A stretch of DNA of 60,577 nucleotides, filler included, from Jimgerdemannia flammicorona (GCA_003990765.1; 3 parts of 3 records of this genome joined end to end with filler, not necessarily neighbours in it); one strand, 5' to 3'. Counted from the whole stretch's first letter, positions 26,457 through 39,089 are shown. Notes: a model not told the origin generated them from the letters alone. Numbers and translations are program-made.

Positions 26457-26899
26457 TCTTCCTTCTGAATAAGGATCTTCTCGAGTATCCTTATTCATTA
26501 GTCCAGTCCTGAAAAATTTTCTAATCTCATAACCTCTGGCAAGGGGTTGAAAAGTGGTGTTTATGGGCTGGTATCTTCCCTTTGTATTTTGGTGTGATGG
26601 TGAAGGGTTGCTCCCTTCATATAGAGCAAGGGCCTGATTCTGATCTTGACCAATCAGTTGATGGTTTGAACTCCTCTGGCTTTGAAAGTCTCACAGATGA
26701 GTAGTTACTGGTGCCATATCCCTTAGAGAATGGTCCAGACAGATAGCCTGCTGATCATGAGATATGCTGTTATGATTCACAGACTAGAACCTCATGGGCA
26801 GTCATCATGTTTTGCTTCTCTTATATAGGTTTGTGGTACTTCTTGAGTCTATTCCTATGTACTATGGTAGGCAGTATAGTTTCTGAGATTTTTCTAAGC

Positions 26900-29800
26900 C
26901 AGAAGGTAGTTCCCTTAATATCTTGCATATAGAAGAGTCCTTCCCATTTGGGCTCCAGTTTTCGTGACTATGAGGCTTCTACCATATTTTAATACAGTAG
27001 AACCTTTTCTCTGATTTGGATGGGTTCTAGGATCTTGTGATTCTTTTCTGCATTCTTCCTTGTTAGTGCTTGTGACTTGATGATGTAATCTTCAGCCTTC
27101 TTCCTGATTTGGTGTAGTCTCCTGATTTCTGCATCAACCCATCTCTAAGTTAGGTCTAGATTTGTGGCTGAGATTCTATCAGAATCTTCTTCTCTAAAGA
27201 GCAGTTCCCTTGGGGTAAAGTGTGTGCTCTGTGACCATATGTCTCATAGGACAGAGAGGGCAGTTGGGAGATAATTATCCCAATTCTCATACCTCTCTGA
27301 GATCTTTGCCAGGATGTTCTTGAGGGTCTTGTTGGTTCTCTCTGTCTGTCCATTTCCTTGAGGGTGGTATGTGGTGGTCTTGATGTGCTGGATCTTGTAT
27401 TTCTGATATATTATCTTATGGAATCCATTGACAAATTCTATACTGCAGTCTGTTGTGATTTGCTTTGGTGTCTTATAGCAGCAGATGATTTCTCAGTGCA
27501 GGAAGTCAGCTATAGAGAGGGCATTGGCTTCTTGTAATGCTCTTGCTTCTATCTATTTGGTGAAGAGGTCTATAATAACTATAATATAGCAGTTTCCTGA
27601 TAGTATTACTAGTAGTGGCCTAACGATATCCATTGCAATGTGGTGAAAGAGGATAGGCTCAATTCTTGATAACCTGGGTGCCTGGTCTTGCTGATCTTGT
27701 TTCTGTTTTTGGCACTTGTCACACCCTTTGACAAATTGGTATAGGCCTTCTTCCATCTTGGGCCACCATATGGTTCTTCTTGCCTTATCATATATATTGG
27801 TTCCTCCTAGGTATCCTTGCTCATGTACTTCCTTCATTACTTGATACTTCTTATATTTGGGTATTACTAGCTTTCCTCCTTTTCTGAGTGTAGTATTGTC
27901 TAGTTCAAACTGTTTCCAAGTCTGGTTGATGATGGTGATTGTCCAGGGTTCAAGGTGGTTGGGCATCTTCTGCTGCCTAAGGTAGCTGATTAATCCATAG
28001 TATAGCTCCTTATTCATATTGAGTAATCTTGATGAGAGTGTTTCAGGGTATCCTTGAGAGTGCATCAGCATTGGTGTTGGTTCTTCCTGAGCAGTGCTTG
28101 ACAGTACAGTCATACTCTTGTAGCCTGTAGATCCATCTGGCATATATTCCATTGGGGTTCAGAGTGTTGAATAGCCAGACAAGGGCGGAATGGTCTGTTT
28201 GAATGGTGAAGTGTTTCCCAGCTAGGTAGTAGTGGAACTTGTCTACTGCGCAAACTACTGCTAAGCATTCAAGCTTGCATGACTCATAGTTCTGTTCTGC
28301 TCTGTAGGTACCTCAGCTTGCATAGGAGATGACATATTCATGTCCATCTTTCTTCTGAGCTAGGACTGCTCCAAGTCTTATAGCACTTACATCTGTCTGC
28401 AGGATGAATTCTAGGTTCCAATCTGGTCTTCTGAGGATAGGTGCTTGGGTCAACCTGGTCTTAAGTTTATTGAAGGTTTCTTGGCATTCCTTGGTCCATT
28501 CAAATTTGGTTTCTTTCTTCTGTAGCTTGTAGATAGGTGCTGCAATATTAGAATATCCTTTGATAAATCTTCTGTAGTAGCTGGTCAGTCCAAGGAAGAC
28601 ATGGACTTCTGTGGTTGTTCTGGGTCTCAGGTAGGTTACAATAGCCTTAATCTTCATGGGGTCTATGTGGATTTTGGTCTGGTTGATGAGATGTCCTAGG
28701 TAGGTGATTTCCTGAGCTATAAACTTACATTTCTTGCGCTTGATGTAGAGGCCATACTCCTTGAGCTTCTTGAGAGCTAGCTATATGTGGTTGACATGTT
28801 CCTGTGCAGTATTGCTGAAGATGATCACATCATCAATATAGTCAAAGAGCCATTTTCCAATTTCATTGCTGAAGACTCTGTTCATTATTTGCTGGAAACT
28901 TGCTGGGGCATTGCATATTCCAAATGGCATTTGTAGGTAGATATAGGTGATATCTGGTGTAATGAAGGCTGATTTCTCACTGGCATCTTGAGTGAGACCA
29001 ATCTGATGGAAGCCTGAGAACAGATCTAAGGTAGTATAGTATTTGACTTCACTTCCAAGGGTGGTAAGGATTTCTTGAATATTTGGCAAGAGCTGTCTAT
29101 CCTTCTTGGTGATGGCATTGAGCTTTCTGTAGTCAATGCAGAGTCTTGGCACAAACTCTCCAGGCTTGCTTCCTTTCTTTGGGGTGAGGACAATAGGTGA
29201 AGCCCAGGGACTGATAGCTTGCTTGATGATTCTGGCTTCTTCCATTTCCTTGAGTTCTGCTCACAGCCATTCTCTGTAGACAGGTGGTATGGGTCTGGCT
29301 TTCTGGTAGATGGGCTTGATATCACCAGTGTCAACTTCATGGTAGTACTTGGGTTCTTAATTGTGGATATCTCTGAAGTCTGTAGCAAGTACTCCTTCAT
29401 TCTGGTACAGAATCTTGAGAAGTTGTTCTTCTAGAGGAAAGTTTTCTCCAATAGTGTATGTGTGCTTGTTCTGATCCTTGTCTTTCTTGTACTCAAGTTC
29501 AGTAATCTTGGTGGCAGCATAGGCTCATCTTCTAGTGGATCCAAAGTCTTGTTCTCCTCTCTTGATCTTGATGAGTTTGATGGCTTCAATGATCTTGGAT
29601 TTCTTGATTTCATGGATCAGCATCTGGCCAATCCTGTCATGCTTCTTGACTTTGAATGAGATGGTGGGGTTGTGATTCCTGACTATGAGGAAGATCTTGC
29701 CAGTATAATCAGGGTCAATTACTCCTCCTTCAACTGAGATTTCACTTTTGGCCAGACTGCTCCTGGTCTTGATAATTCCGGCATGGTTCTCTGGTAGCTT

Positions 29801-32033
29801 GACTCCAATTCCAGTGCCAAGTGAGGTGGTGGTCTGTGGTTTGAGGGTAGCATCTTAAATGCTGGCAAGGTCTATTCCTATGGCTCCTTTAGTCTTGTAT
29901 TCTGGGATCTTGGCTTTGGGGTGAAACTTCTTGATCTTGAGGGTGATATCTGGTTCTTGTTCCTCCTCATCATCACTATCAGCTTGAAGCTCTGGGGGCT
30001 GGTCATCTTCTTCAGCTTTTCTTTTTGCTTCAGTAGCTTCTTGCTCATATTTCTGTTAGCAGATTTTCCTGACTTCACTGATACAGGACCAGCAGTCATT
30101 CAGGTGTTCAGAGCAGTACATCCTAGTACCATGGGGGCATCTTCCTTGAGGGGCATAGCCATTGATGATCTTGTTGTACCACTGCTCATCTGTGAGCTTG
30201 GGTGTCTTGTTCTTATTCTTGTTCACCGAGTGCATGAAGACTTCTCTGTCCTCCTCATCTCCTTCCTCTATGTCTGGTAGAACTTCTTTGTAGACATTGA
30301 TAGAGACTCATATCTTTCTTCCTCTATAGTTGATCTGCATCTTCTGGGCATTGAGGTCAATGATGGCCTTGGCCTTGTGAAGCTATTGGTTGCCAATGAG
30401 GATGTCATAGTTGGTAGCACTTGTAATAATCATATCTACTGGGATGATAGCTCCTCCTATCTTGATGGGGACTTCTTGGATTTTTCCAAGGGGGGTAGCT
30501 CATGTACCATCTGCTGTGACATAGACCATCTTGGTAAACTCTTCAATATCCCAACCTAGGCGGTCAATTGCCTTCTTACTCATAAGGCATCCTCCAGCAC
30601 TGGTATCAATGATGGCATCAAAGATACAGTCTTCAATCTGACATAGGGTATAGGCTGATGTCTTGTGCTGATCTTCAGATTCTTCAACTGAGTTTTTGGA
30701 TTCTTCCTGCATTGTGAGCTTCTACAATCTTGTATTTTTGATTCTTAACAGTAGTTGCAAGTCCTACTCTCAACTGTTGTCTGAAGGCAGGGACTTTGGC
30801 TAGCTGTCCAAAAGTAGCATTGACCTTCTGTTCCTTGAGGTCTTTATAGATATCATACTGGTGGATCTTGGTCTTGTATAGCTTCTGTTCCTTCTTGCTT
30901 TCACTTTCTCCTAAAACTGGAGTAATGCCTTCAATGATTTGGTGGGTAGTTTCATCTAACTCCATGTCTTGATCAATCTCCTCAGATTGAGTCTTGCTTT
31001 GAATAGTGATAGCTGGGGCCTTCTTTGGTCTTCCAACTGGCTTACTGTTGCTTTTCTTGTCATAGGGCTTGGACCGGGTTCTGGTACCTTCAGTAGCAGG
31101 GTAGAATTCGTGCTTCTCATAGTATTCTTCATCATCAGTGTCACCAATCTCCTTGATGACTACTGCATTGGTTTGTTCTCTGGTTTTGCTAGCATTGCTT
31201 AGTTGGGCTTTGTATCTTGTTTTGGTCATGCAATTCTTTGCATAGTGGCCTTCTTCTCTACATATGAAGCATGTGATATTGTATTCTTCTGTAGCAGCTG
31301 CAAATCTCTGCACTGGTCTTCTGTTGGCACTTCAGACTTCTCTAACAACATCACCAAGGTATGCAGTCATCTCAGTGAACTGCTTGGCAAGTTCCTCTAC
31401 TGGGTCAGTTTTAGCTGTCTTGGGGGTAGGTGGGGATAGTTGTCTATTTACAACTATAGCAGATATGATACTAGTTGGCTTTGATGGCTCCATCTTGATG
31501 CCAGTTATTTTCTCCATTGAGTGTTCGGCAGGGTGTCTGGCAGTCCAATATCTCTGTACAAAGACCACTTTCTGATCAAGGGTCAGTGCAGCTGGGGTAG
31601 ACCAGATTGTTAGGGCAATTTCTGAGTGAACTCCTTTGAGGAAGGTTGAATCCGCTATTTGTTCCTTGAGGGCATCATCATAGCCAGCCAAGACAATCTG
31701 GTGGCAGATTCAGGTATAGAATGAGTTAGGATCTTCACTAAGTCCCTGGCAGATAGTATTGAGTTAATTCTTGAGAGCTTGCTTGATCTCTTCAGTATAG
31801 TATGTTGTTCTGAGAAAGGCCTTCATGTTGGCAAGTTTGGCTGCACCATTATTAGCAATAGTGGCTGCATTGAACTTGTCTCTGATGGGTCCTCTAAGGC
31901 TGACTAGTAGAAGGGCCAATTGTGCATCTATACCAAAGACTCATACAGTGGTAAATTATTCAAAGTCTTCAATGAAGGTCAGGATTGACTCTTCAGTAGT
32001 ATATCTATAGAATGTGGGGAGATGCATTTCCAT
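26900..32033 (-). pseudogene. gag-pol of Gypsy family 2 (gag, CCHC, protease, Cys/His insert, dUTPase, RT, RNase H, integrase)
   Basis: CFICREEGHYAKNC; AIIDTSAGG; dUTPase 29530-29890; SPWASPIVL, LDLFSGFHQI, YIDD; LQTDVSA; integrase HEQGY...CDKCQ, IAMDIV, LEPKWEG. Scattered stops and frameshifts. Confidence 0.95.
29530..29890 (-). pseudogene. dUTPase domain of Gypsy family 2 pol
   Basis: Manual translation GAIGIDLAS...GTGIGVKLPENHAGIIKTRSSLAKSEISVEGGVIDPDYTGKIFLIVRNH...RGEQDFGST contains trimeric dUTPase motifs 1, 2, 3 and 5. Confidence 0.95.
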
Positions 32034-32153
32034 CTTATCTTGAATTATTGCAGGGGTGACTCTTGTAGTTAGGGTAGTTGTTGTGGGAATTGTTCATTTT
32101 TCAGCTTGAAAGTGAGGGATTTGTCTTGAATCACCAGCCAATGGGTACCAAGT

Positions 32154-33669
32154 TGTCATGTAGTAGTCGCTGAGTCCTTCAAATATGCCAGATTCTCTTC
32201 AAGGAATATCTCTTAGACTAACTCAAGTTTGTTATAAGCAAGTTCTTATTGGAGTGCCTTCCCAAGGTCTTATAGTCCTCAAACTTCTTATCTTTAACTG
32301 TCTTGTTATCTCTTAGATGGCTTGTATAGAATTGAGAGTAAGTGAACTGAAACTGACTTTATTTCAGAGGAAATAAGAGGAGTATTTATACAAAATCTAA
32401 TTCAATGGTTGCTAAGATATAAAGCTAAATATAAATTCCAATAACTAAAATAAAATGCCAGGATAAGAAAAACTGTGAAGTTCCAGAGTTGGCACTGATG
32501 GTTGTATAGGTTCAGGATGCTGGTATAATTCAGTATTATATCAAAATGTCAGTGCTGACATTACTCAGTGTTACATCAAGGGACTTAGAGCAGAATGTTC
32601 AAGACCATAGAGGCTTCATCATCAGAGGTCAGGATGTCTTTGAAGGAGATGAGGTCTGCGAATTCATCATCATCACATAGGTCGCACATTTCACATACTT
32701 TGCATGCTTCATCATGCATCTCATGTATGTTGCACAGGATGATATCATCGCTAATAATGTCATTACATTCAGTAGTAGGGAAATCGAGGGCTCTCCAATC
32801 TATGAGATTCTCTTCCACAAAATAGGGGATAAATGTGAGATCTTGGGGGAGTCTAACCTGGATGCTTGGGCCTTGGAATACTGAGATCAATCCTTGTAGG
32901 AATTGGTCTATGTTGTCCTGAAGGATAGAATGCCAGAAGTCTTCTACTTCATCACTATTGAGGGTGATAGTGGACTGGGCTTCTGTAGCTACTCTGGCTT
33001 CTAGTGTATTGATATGGCAGGATGACAGATCTCTGAAATCTGAGACTCTAACATACTCCAAGTTGGGGATTGACCATAGTGCATGTCTGAAGATCTGATG
33101 GATCTTCTTAGCTATCCTTGCCTTACATATATCCATGGGAGTGACATCTTGTAGCTCTTGGGGGCTGGCCTGTGGAAACTTCTGGCAGAGGAGGTTTCCT
33201 ATTTTATACTCCTGCCACATTTAAAGACATTTGATAGCAATGGTGATCCTTGTTTCCATTTTACAGTAGTAGAGAATATAATAATAAGGGTCACCAGTAC
33301 TCAGGTTAACACTAGGAGTCCTTCTTGAGTGGGTCCTCATAGCTTTTCTGATGTCTTGAAATATCCTTTTTTTGACTGGGATGCCTTGGTGGTTCCTTGA
33401 TCTTGAGGTTTGGCGAGCAGCAGGCATTTCATTTGTGGTAAGTCTTTGAGCTATTTTGGGATTGGTGGGTCTTGTTGGTTGCTGCTACTGTGGTTCCTTG
33501 ATCCTTCTTTTATATTCCTCAAGATACTCATACTGTAGTCACAATGACTCACAGTTGGTCATCATCACTCATCTCATATACTATATGATCTTCTTGTGCT
33601 CCAATCTGGTGGCTTGCAAGGGAAGACTGTCTCCTGTGCTGATGTCATCACTCTGGGGTCACCGTTACA
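32154..33669 (-). repeat. 5' LTR of Gypsy family 2 (1516 bp)
   Basis: Direct repeat of 24906-26456, adjacent to the PBS. Minus-strand TATAAAT ~32384-32390 and AATAAA ~32358-32363. Confidence 0.96.
32585..33427 (-). pseudogene. LTR-embedded 280-codon ORF (5' LTR copy; one premature TAA at 33221-33223)
   Basis: ORFs 33221..33427 and 32585..33220 are contiguous in frame. The stop codon is CAA in the other LTR. Confidence 0.9.
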
Positions 33670-34380
33670 GTAAACATATTTTATATTTATATTGTCATTG
33701 GTGGCGTAATTCGGATGTTGGGTTACAGAATCAGATAACAGAATTTGTTATACTCGGGATGTATCCTTGGATTTCCACATCATACCACCTCGATACAACC
33801 TACAAGACGTAAATCGTATGATCTTGCAACGTTCTTCTGGATTTACTTGCCGTGATGAAGTGGGCGAATTTAGTATATGGGCTGTGGTGTGTTACGAATT
33901 CTTGCGTTGATGGTAATCCCCCCTCCCCCATTATTTTAACATTTTGGCTAGCCATGTAAATGTGTATTATTAATGGGAATATAGTGAAATGTGCAGCATT
34001 ACAACAAGATTATTTATGTATTAGCAAGTTGAATAGAGAATTATCATAAAAAAAGAGGGAAGCATGGCACATACAAATACATCAATTGTATTGACTTGCC
34101 AATGCATGTAGTTTTTTAGCGAATTTTTGAGGCAAATATATTTGACAAAAAGGAGTCACCAACTAGTTCACGAACACAATTATTTCTTGGAAACCCACTA
34201 GAGACCAACTATATATATCAAAAATATGGACGAGCATGTGAAAAAAAAAGGGGGGATGCAATAAATGACGCCTTTGCGCCAATGCACCACCAGTACATTT
34301 TAACCCTGCACGCCGATCTTACGTATGTAGCCATGCGTGCAGTCCTGATCTTCCGAGCACAAAGCGACATTTTGACTCAG

Positions 34381-34393
34381 TATCATATAAAAG
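34381..34393 (+). promoter_or_regulatory. Putative TATA box of NmrA-like gene 1 (equivalent at ~38963-38975 for gene 2)
   Basis: TATCATATAAAAG ~120 bp upstream of the ATG, conserved in both paralogs. Confidence 0.55.
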
Positions 34394-34508
34394 CCTCCAT
34401 TCCAACGTCTTTCCATCATATCTTCACAACACAACAACCGAGCAATTCAAGCACACTTCCCTCCTCCCAAAAAAGAACCAAAATCAACCAACCCACCGTC
34501 TCTAAAAA

Positions 34509-36160
34509 ATGGAATCACGTACTACCGCTGCCGCCAGCACCAACGCCAGAACCAACGCCAGCGCCGCCACCCGCACCAAGCATGTTCTCACCATCACCGG
34601 CGGCGACAGCCACTTCGGCCACTGCATCGCCTCGTACCTGCTCCGTGAGTCGGAGCGCGACGGCCGCGACCGCCACAGCGAATGCCGCATCCGCGTCCTG
34701 TGCTGTCGCGAGAAAAACTGCGACGATTTGAGGGATATGGGCGCCGAGATTGTTGTAAGTGTTCCTTTGGCGTACTTTCCTTTTTATGTTACAGATATTT
34801 GTCAGGGCAGAATGGATGGTTACATGGAAGTTAATGTAGATGGTCTTGGATAGGAAATCGACTACGAGGACCGCAAGTGCCTTCGTCGCGCCTTCCGCGA
34901 CAGCGAGTACGCCATCTTCGTGCCGGAAATGACTCGCAACCGGGTCCGCCACGGAGAGTGTCTCATCGAGGCTATGGAGAGCGAGAATATTCGCCACGTC
35001 CTCATGATATCCACGTGAGCTCTCAAAACTGGCAATTCTCCGGGATTGGGATGATGGTGATTTAGGCACTAAAGGATTCCTCTTTTGCTTTTCAGGATCG
35101 GCGCCGAGTCTCACAACCGGGAGCTCAGAAACCTCTGCGAATTCAGGGAGCTTGAGAATTACCTCAAGGACAACTTCAACAGAGGAAGGTGGTGCATTTT
35201 CAGGTAAAAATACTCTCACTTCCTATCAGGTTGCTCATACGCACGTCCAACGCGTCTGACGATCCCCTCGCTACTCACAATTTCCGCGCAGGCTCGACTT
35301 CCTCCAGCAATGCTTCCTTTTCTGGGCCCCCACGATCCAGGAAGAGCGCGTTCTCAAAATGTGCATCGGCCGCGACGGTCGTTTTGCTCCCGTCAATATC
35401 CTCGACGTCTGCCGCGCTATCTACTGTTCCCTGACTCGCCACTACCGTGATAGCGACCGTCATGGTGACCATGGCCGCACCCAAACCCAAACTCCGGCCC
35501 AGCCTCAGGCTCAGGCCCCGGCTCAGGTCAAGGGAATCTCGCAGGGTTTCCGCTGGGTCCCTCTGGACGAGCGCCACCACCGCCGCGTGTACTGCCTCAC
35601 GGGGTGCAAGGCCGTTTGCGGAGATGAGATTGCGCGCATTCTCGGCGACGCGATTGGCGAGCGCGAGATCCGGTTCAAGGACGTGTCACGTTCCGAGATG
35701 AGGAAGGAACTGGAGAATTGGCGTGACGAGGATGGAAAGCGCGGTAGGCATGGAGATGACCGTCGGGACGATGGGCGTCGCGATGGTGGTAGGAAAGACG
35801 ATAATAACGACAGAGAGCGCGACGGCCGCCGCCATCGTGATGGCAAGTTCCGCCACGGCATTCCTCTGAGGAAGCACCTTAACGATACTACCATTGAGAC
35901 GGAGCTCGACTTCTTTGAATATGTCAAGTTGGGTGGTGCTGATTTTACTTCTGGTAGGCCCCGTGGTTATATCGCTGCCCATCGAAACTCATCACGTCCA
36001 CATACAGTTCCGCTAACTCCTCCCTTATTGCGCAGGTGATCTCGAAGATATCATTGACAAGAAGCCCGAATCGCTTGAGGAATTCTTCAGGGAGCATCGT
36101 GACGAATTTAGGGGTGATGATGACAAACGCAACCGCGACGAGGTCGAGCGCCGGAAATGA
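34509..36160 (+). CDS. NmrA-like / atypical SDR NAD(P)-binding Rossmann protein, 5 exons (34509-34754, 34854-35014, 35096-35203, 35292-35953, 36036-36160)
   Basis: GT-AG introns join in frame: LTITGGDSHFG...IRVLC...GAEIV/EIDYED...AIFVP...HVLMIS...RLDFLQQ...FAPVNILDV...YCLTG...DLEDIIDKKPESLEEFFREHRDEF, ending TGA at 36160. Confidence 0.88.
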
Positions 36161-37499
36161 GGCAGCACGCTGTGTGTCGATCTTAATGAGCTAACAAGTA
36201 AACTGGGCTTCGCTCCAGGCTAGAAAACTCATGATTCCATAATAATAGAATAAAATACAAAAGCGAGTGTAGTGCAAAAGGAATAAACAAATAAAACAGT
36301 CATCTGTGTTTAGGTAGACGATGGTCTTGAAGCGATTACCAAAAGCAAAATGTAGATGGGACAAGTTGCGACCTTGGCCAAACAACATGGAACCAAAGAA
36401 ACCACAATAGCCTCATATTTAAATTTCAGGAGACACACGTTTCCCTCGTCCCTCTCTCTCCGCCGCAAACCATCTCCCCATTGAACGAGCTCTGCAATCC
36501 CACAAGTATATCTGTACATCACGACATGTTTGTTCTTGTTCATATTATGATGCAGAACATGTGTAATCATCCTTGTACTTTTGCCGTAGGTCGCGAGTCC
36601 TCATTTGGGCGTTAGGAAATATGCGCCTCAATTTTGAATTATTACTTAAATTACGAATGTCATCTAACATGCGTGCATGCAAAAATATAAATAAGGTAAA
36701 AAACAAAATGAAAAGCAGGGTATGCAATATAAGTAGAGCAGTACCGTAATTTCGCAGAATGAGTAGGTTTTTTATACGCGGGTGGGGTCGCCGACAGCAA
36801 GCTGATCCGTTCTTGCCCTGTCTTCGGTTGCCACTAGCGGATGCAACGTTTCCGCATGTTGGAAAGAATGTATTTTGGATCTTTTTCCCAAGGCTTGACA
36901 TGCTAAACAGGGGTTATTTCTGCCGCAGAATTTCTCATCCACCCATCATGAAATGTGTCGACCGAAGGCGCCGCAGTGTTCGCTCACACGCTCACGTTCA
37001 TTCCACACATTTCAGTCCCATCACTCGCCATTGTAATCCTACAAGGTATGAATACCTTTTAGGCTAACTATTCTTGTTCTATATTTTATCTGAGGGGGTT
37101 ATGTTATGGCCATTGGAACTTAAAATTATGCCCATCCACAATGACATACATCGTAGCCCTCAACTGCCTGGTTCACGGTGGAAATCTAACGAATATGTCA
37201 TCTCAGTCAACATGGACAAGACCTATAGGATCAGGATTTAAATTATATTATTAAATGAAAACATCAAGAAAGAACAGATGGAGACTAAAAGACAGAGAGA
37301 GAGGCTGAAATGACAGAGAGACCAAAATAATGGATAGACGAGAAAGACTAATACAACAGAGAGAGTGAGAGACCAAAATAACAGAAATATGGCGACTATA
37401 GATCTCACCACCTTTCGAATTTGTGGATGGAGACGTTGACACAAGTGGAGCGGCAGCAGCTGCTGGCATTCTCAACGACCAGCCTGGTTTTTTGCTTGG

Positions 37500-38490
37500 T
37501 TGTGTGATCGACCTAGGGTTCAGTGGTTGGCTTGGAAGTAGTATCATCTTCTTGATAATCTCTCCCATCGCAGGCCTTACCTTTTCCCTTCCATCTCTTT
37601 TCCCAGGCTTCATCCCTGTCCAGCTCCCCGACCGGGTTAACATCGCCCGGCTTCCTCTTTGCCGCCACGGACGGCTCCGCCTCAACCTCAATCCCCAAAT
37701 TCGCTTTCTGACTTGTTCGCGCTCGCCACGACCGAAGTCTTCAGCACCGTTGCACAATGGGGGCACTGCAATCTGAACTTGACACAAGTCATCACCTGGG
37801 GAGGATTCGTCGTCTTTGCCGTCTTCGTCGTCATCTTCAACTTCGGAGTACTGTAATCGGTAGTGTGGTTGAGCTTGTTTTCATCTTGCAGCTACATGCA
37901 ATCATCACACAGTTCTGACATACCATTGTCCTTCAGAGACCCGGCTATGGCGCGTGCCTCCTCCTGGCCAATCTCGTTAGCTGAACACGAACAAGGAAGT
38001 TTGAGTGAACATGCACAGATTGTGAGCTTGATTCCATAATGCAGCTGCTTCACACAGGTCTGGCATACCGTAGAGATTAAGCTCGGTCAAGGTCGTGTTC
38101 TGCTTCAGAGATTCGGCTAGGGCGCTTGCCACCTCTTCGTCAATGCCATTTTCTTTAAAATAAATAGGGGATGAGCGGACACACACAGATCGTTAGCTTT
38201 ACTCTATCACAGTTCTGACATACGTCCGAGATTCAGCTCGGTCAAGGTCGTGTTCTGCTTCAGAGACTAGGCTAGGGCGTGTTGCCCCTCTTCACAAATT
38301 CTATTACATTTAAAGTGAACAGGGGATGAGCGAATACGCACAGATCTTGAGCTTCATTCCATTACACAGCTGCACGAAATGCTTCAAACAGTTCCGACAT
38401 ACCGGAGAGATTTATTTCGGTCAAGGTCGTGTTCTGCTTTAGAGACTTGGCTAGGGCGCGTGCCCCCCCCCTCAATATTTTAACATTTGG
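37500..38490 (-). pseudogene. RNI-like leucine-rich-repeat gene remnant, one ~28-aa repeat per exon
   Basis: Three to four exons of type GARALAKSLKQNTTLTEINL / VASALAESLKQNTTLTELNL / NEIGQEEARAIAGSLK, each followed by a GTATG donor. One exon has an in-frame TAG. No 5' part upstream of ~38490. Confidence 0.82.
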
Positions 38491-39089
38491 GCAAGGCAGG
38501 TAAATGTGTATGATTAATCAGAATATAGTGAAATGCACACCATTACAACAAGATCATTTATGTATTAGCAAGTTGAATAGAGAATTATCATAAAATAGGA
38601 GGGAAGCATGGAACATACAAATATGTCAATTATATTGACTTGCCAATGCATGTATATTTTCAGCGAACCTTTGCAGCAAATATCCTCGAAAATAGTCGTG
38701 CAAATGTAATTAAAAAAAAGGAATCACCAACTAGTTTACGAAAACAAATTATTCTACCACGGGAAAAAAAAGGGTTGGAAACCCGCTAGAGACCAACTAT
38801 ATATCAAACGTATGGACAAGCGTGTTAAAAAAAGGGGGATGCAATAAATGACGCTGTTGCGCCACTGCACCACTGGTACATTTTAACCCTGCACGCCGAT
38901 CTTACGTATGTAGCCATGCATGCAATCCTGTTCCTCCGAGCACAAAGCAACATTTTGACCCAATATCATATAAAAGCCCCATTCCAAAGTCTTTCCACCA
39001 TATCTTCACAATACAACAACCAAGCAACTCAAGCACACTTCCCTCCTCCCAAAAAAAGATCAAATAAACCAACTCACCCTCTCTAAAAA

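Larger units (their letters stand above)
24906..33669 (-). mobile_element. Structurally complete Ty3/Gypsy LTR retrotransposon, family 2, with 4-bp TSD GTAA
   Basis: Direct LTRs 24906-26456 and 32154-33669 (TG...CA). GTAA at 24902-24905 and 33670-33673. PBS TGGTACCCATTGGCTGG (~32134-32150, minus); PPT AGAAGGAAGA (26457-26466, minus). Confidence 0.97.

Noticed and set aside
26243..26512. Plus-strand ORF repeated at 33456..33812
   Set aside because: The repetition is explained by LTR identity. It is short, antisense, runs out of the LTR and has no homolog I could see in family 1.
34515..35982. Long minus-strand ORFs over the NmrA-like gene
   Set aside because: GC-rich antisense shadows; the plus strand has a coherent spliced gene.
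37275..37395. GA-rich repeats (gagagaccaaaataa) giving a hydrophobic minus-strand ORF
   Set aside because: Low-complexity microsatellite-like sequence.
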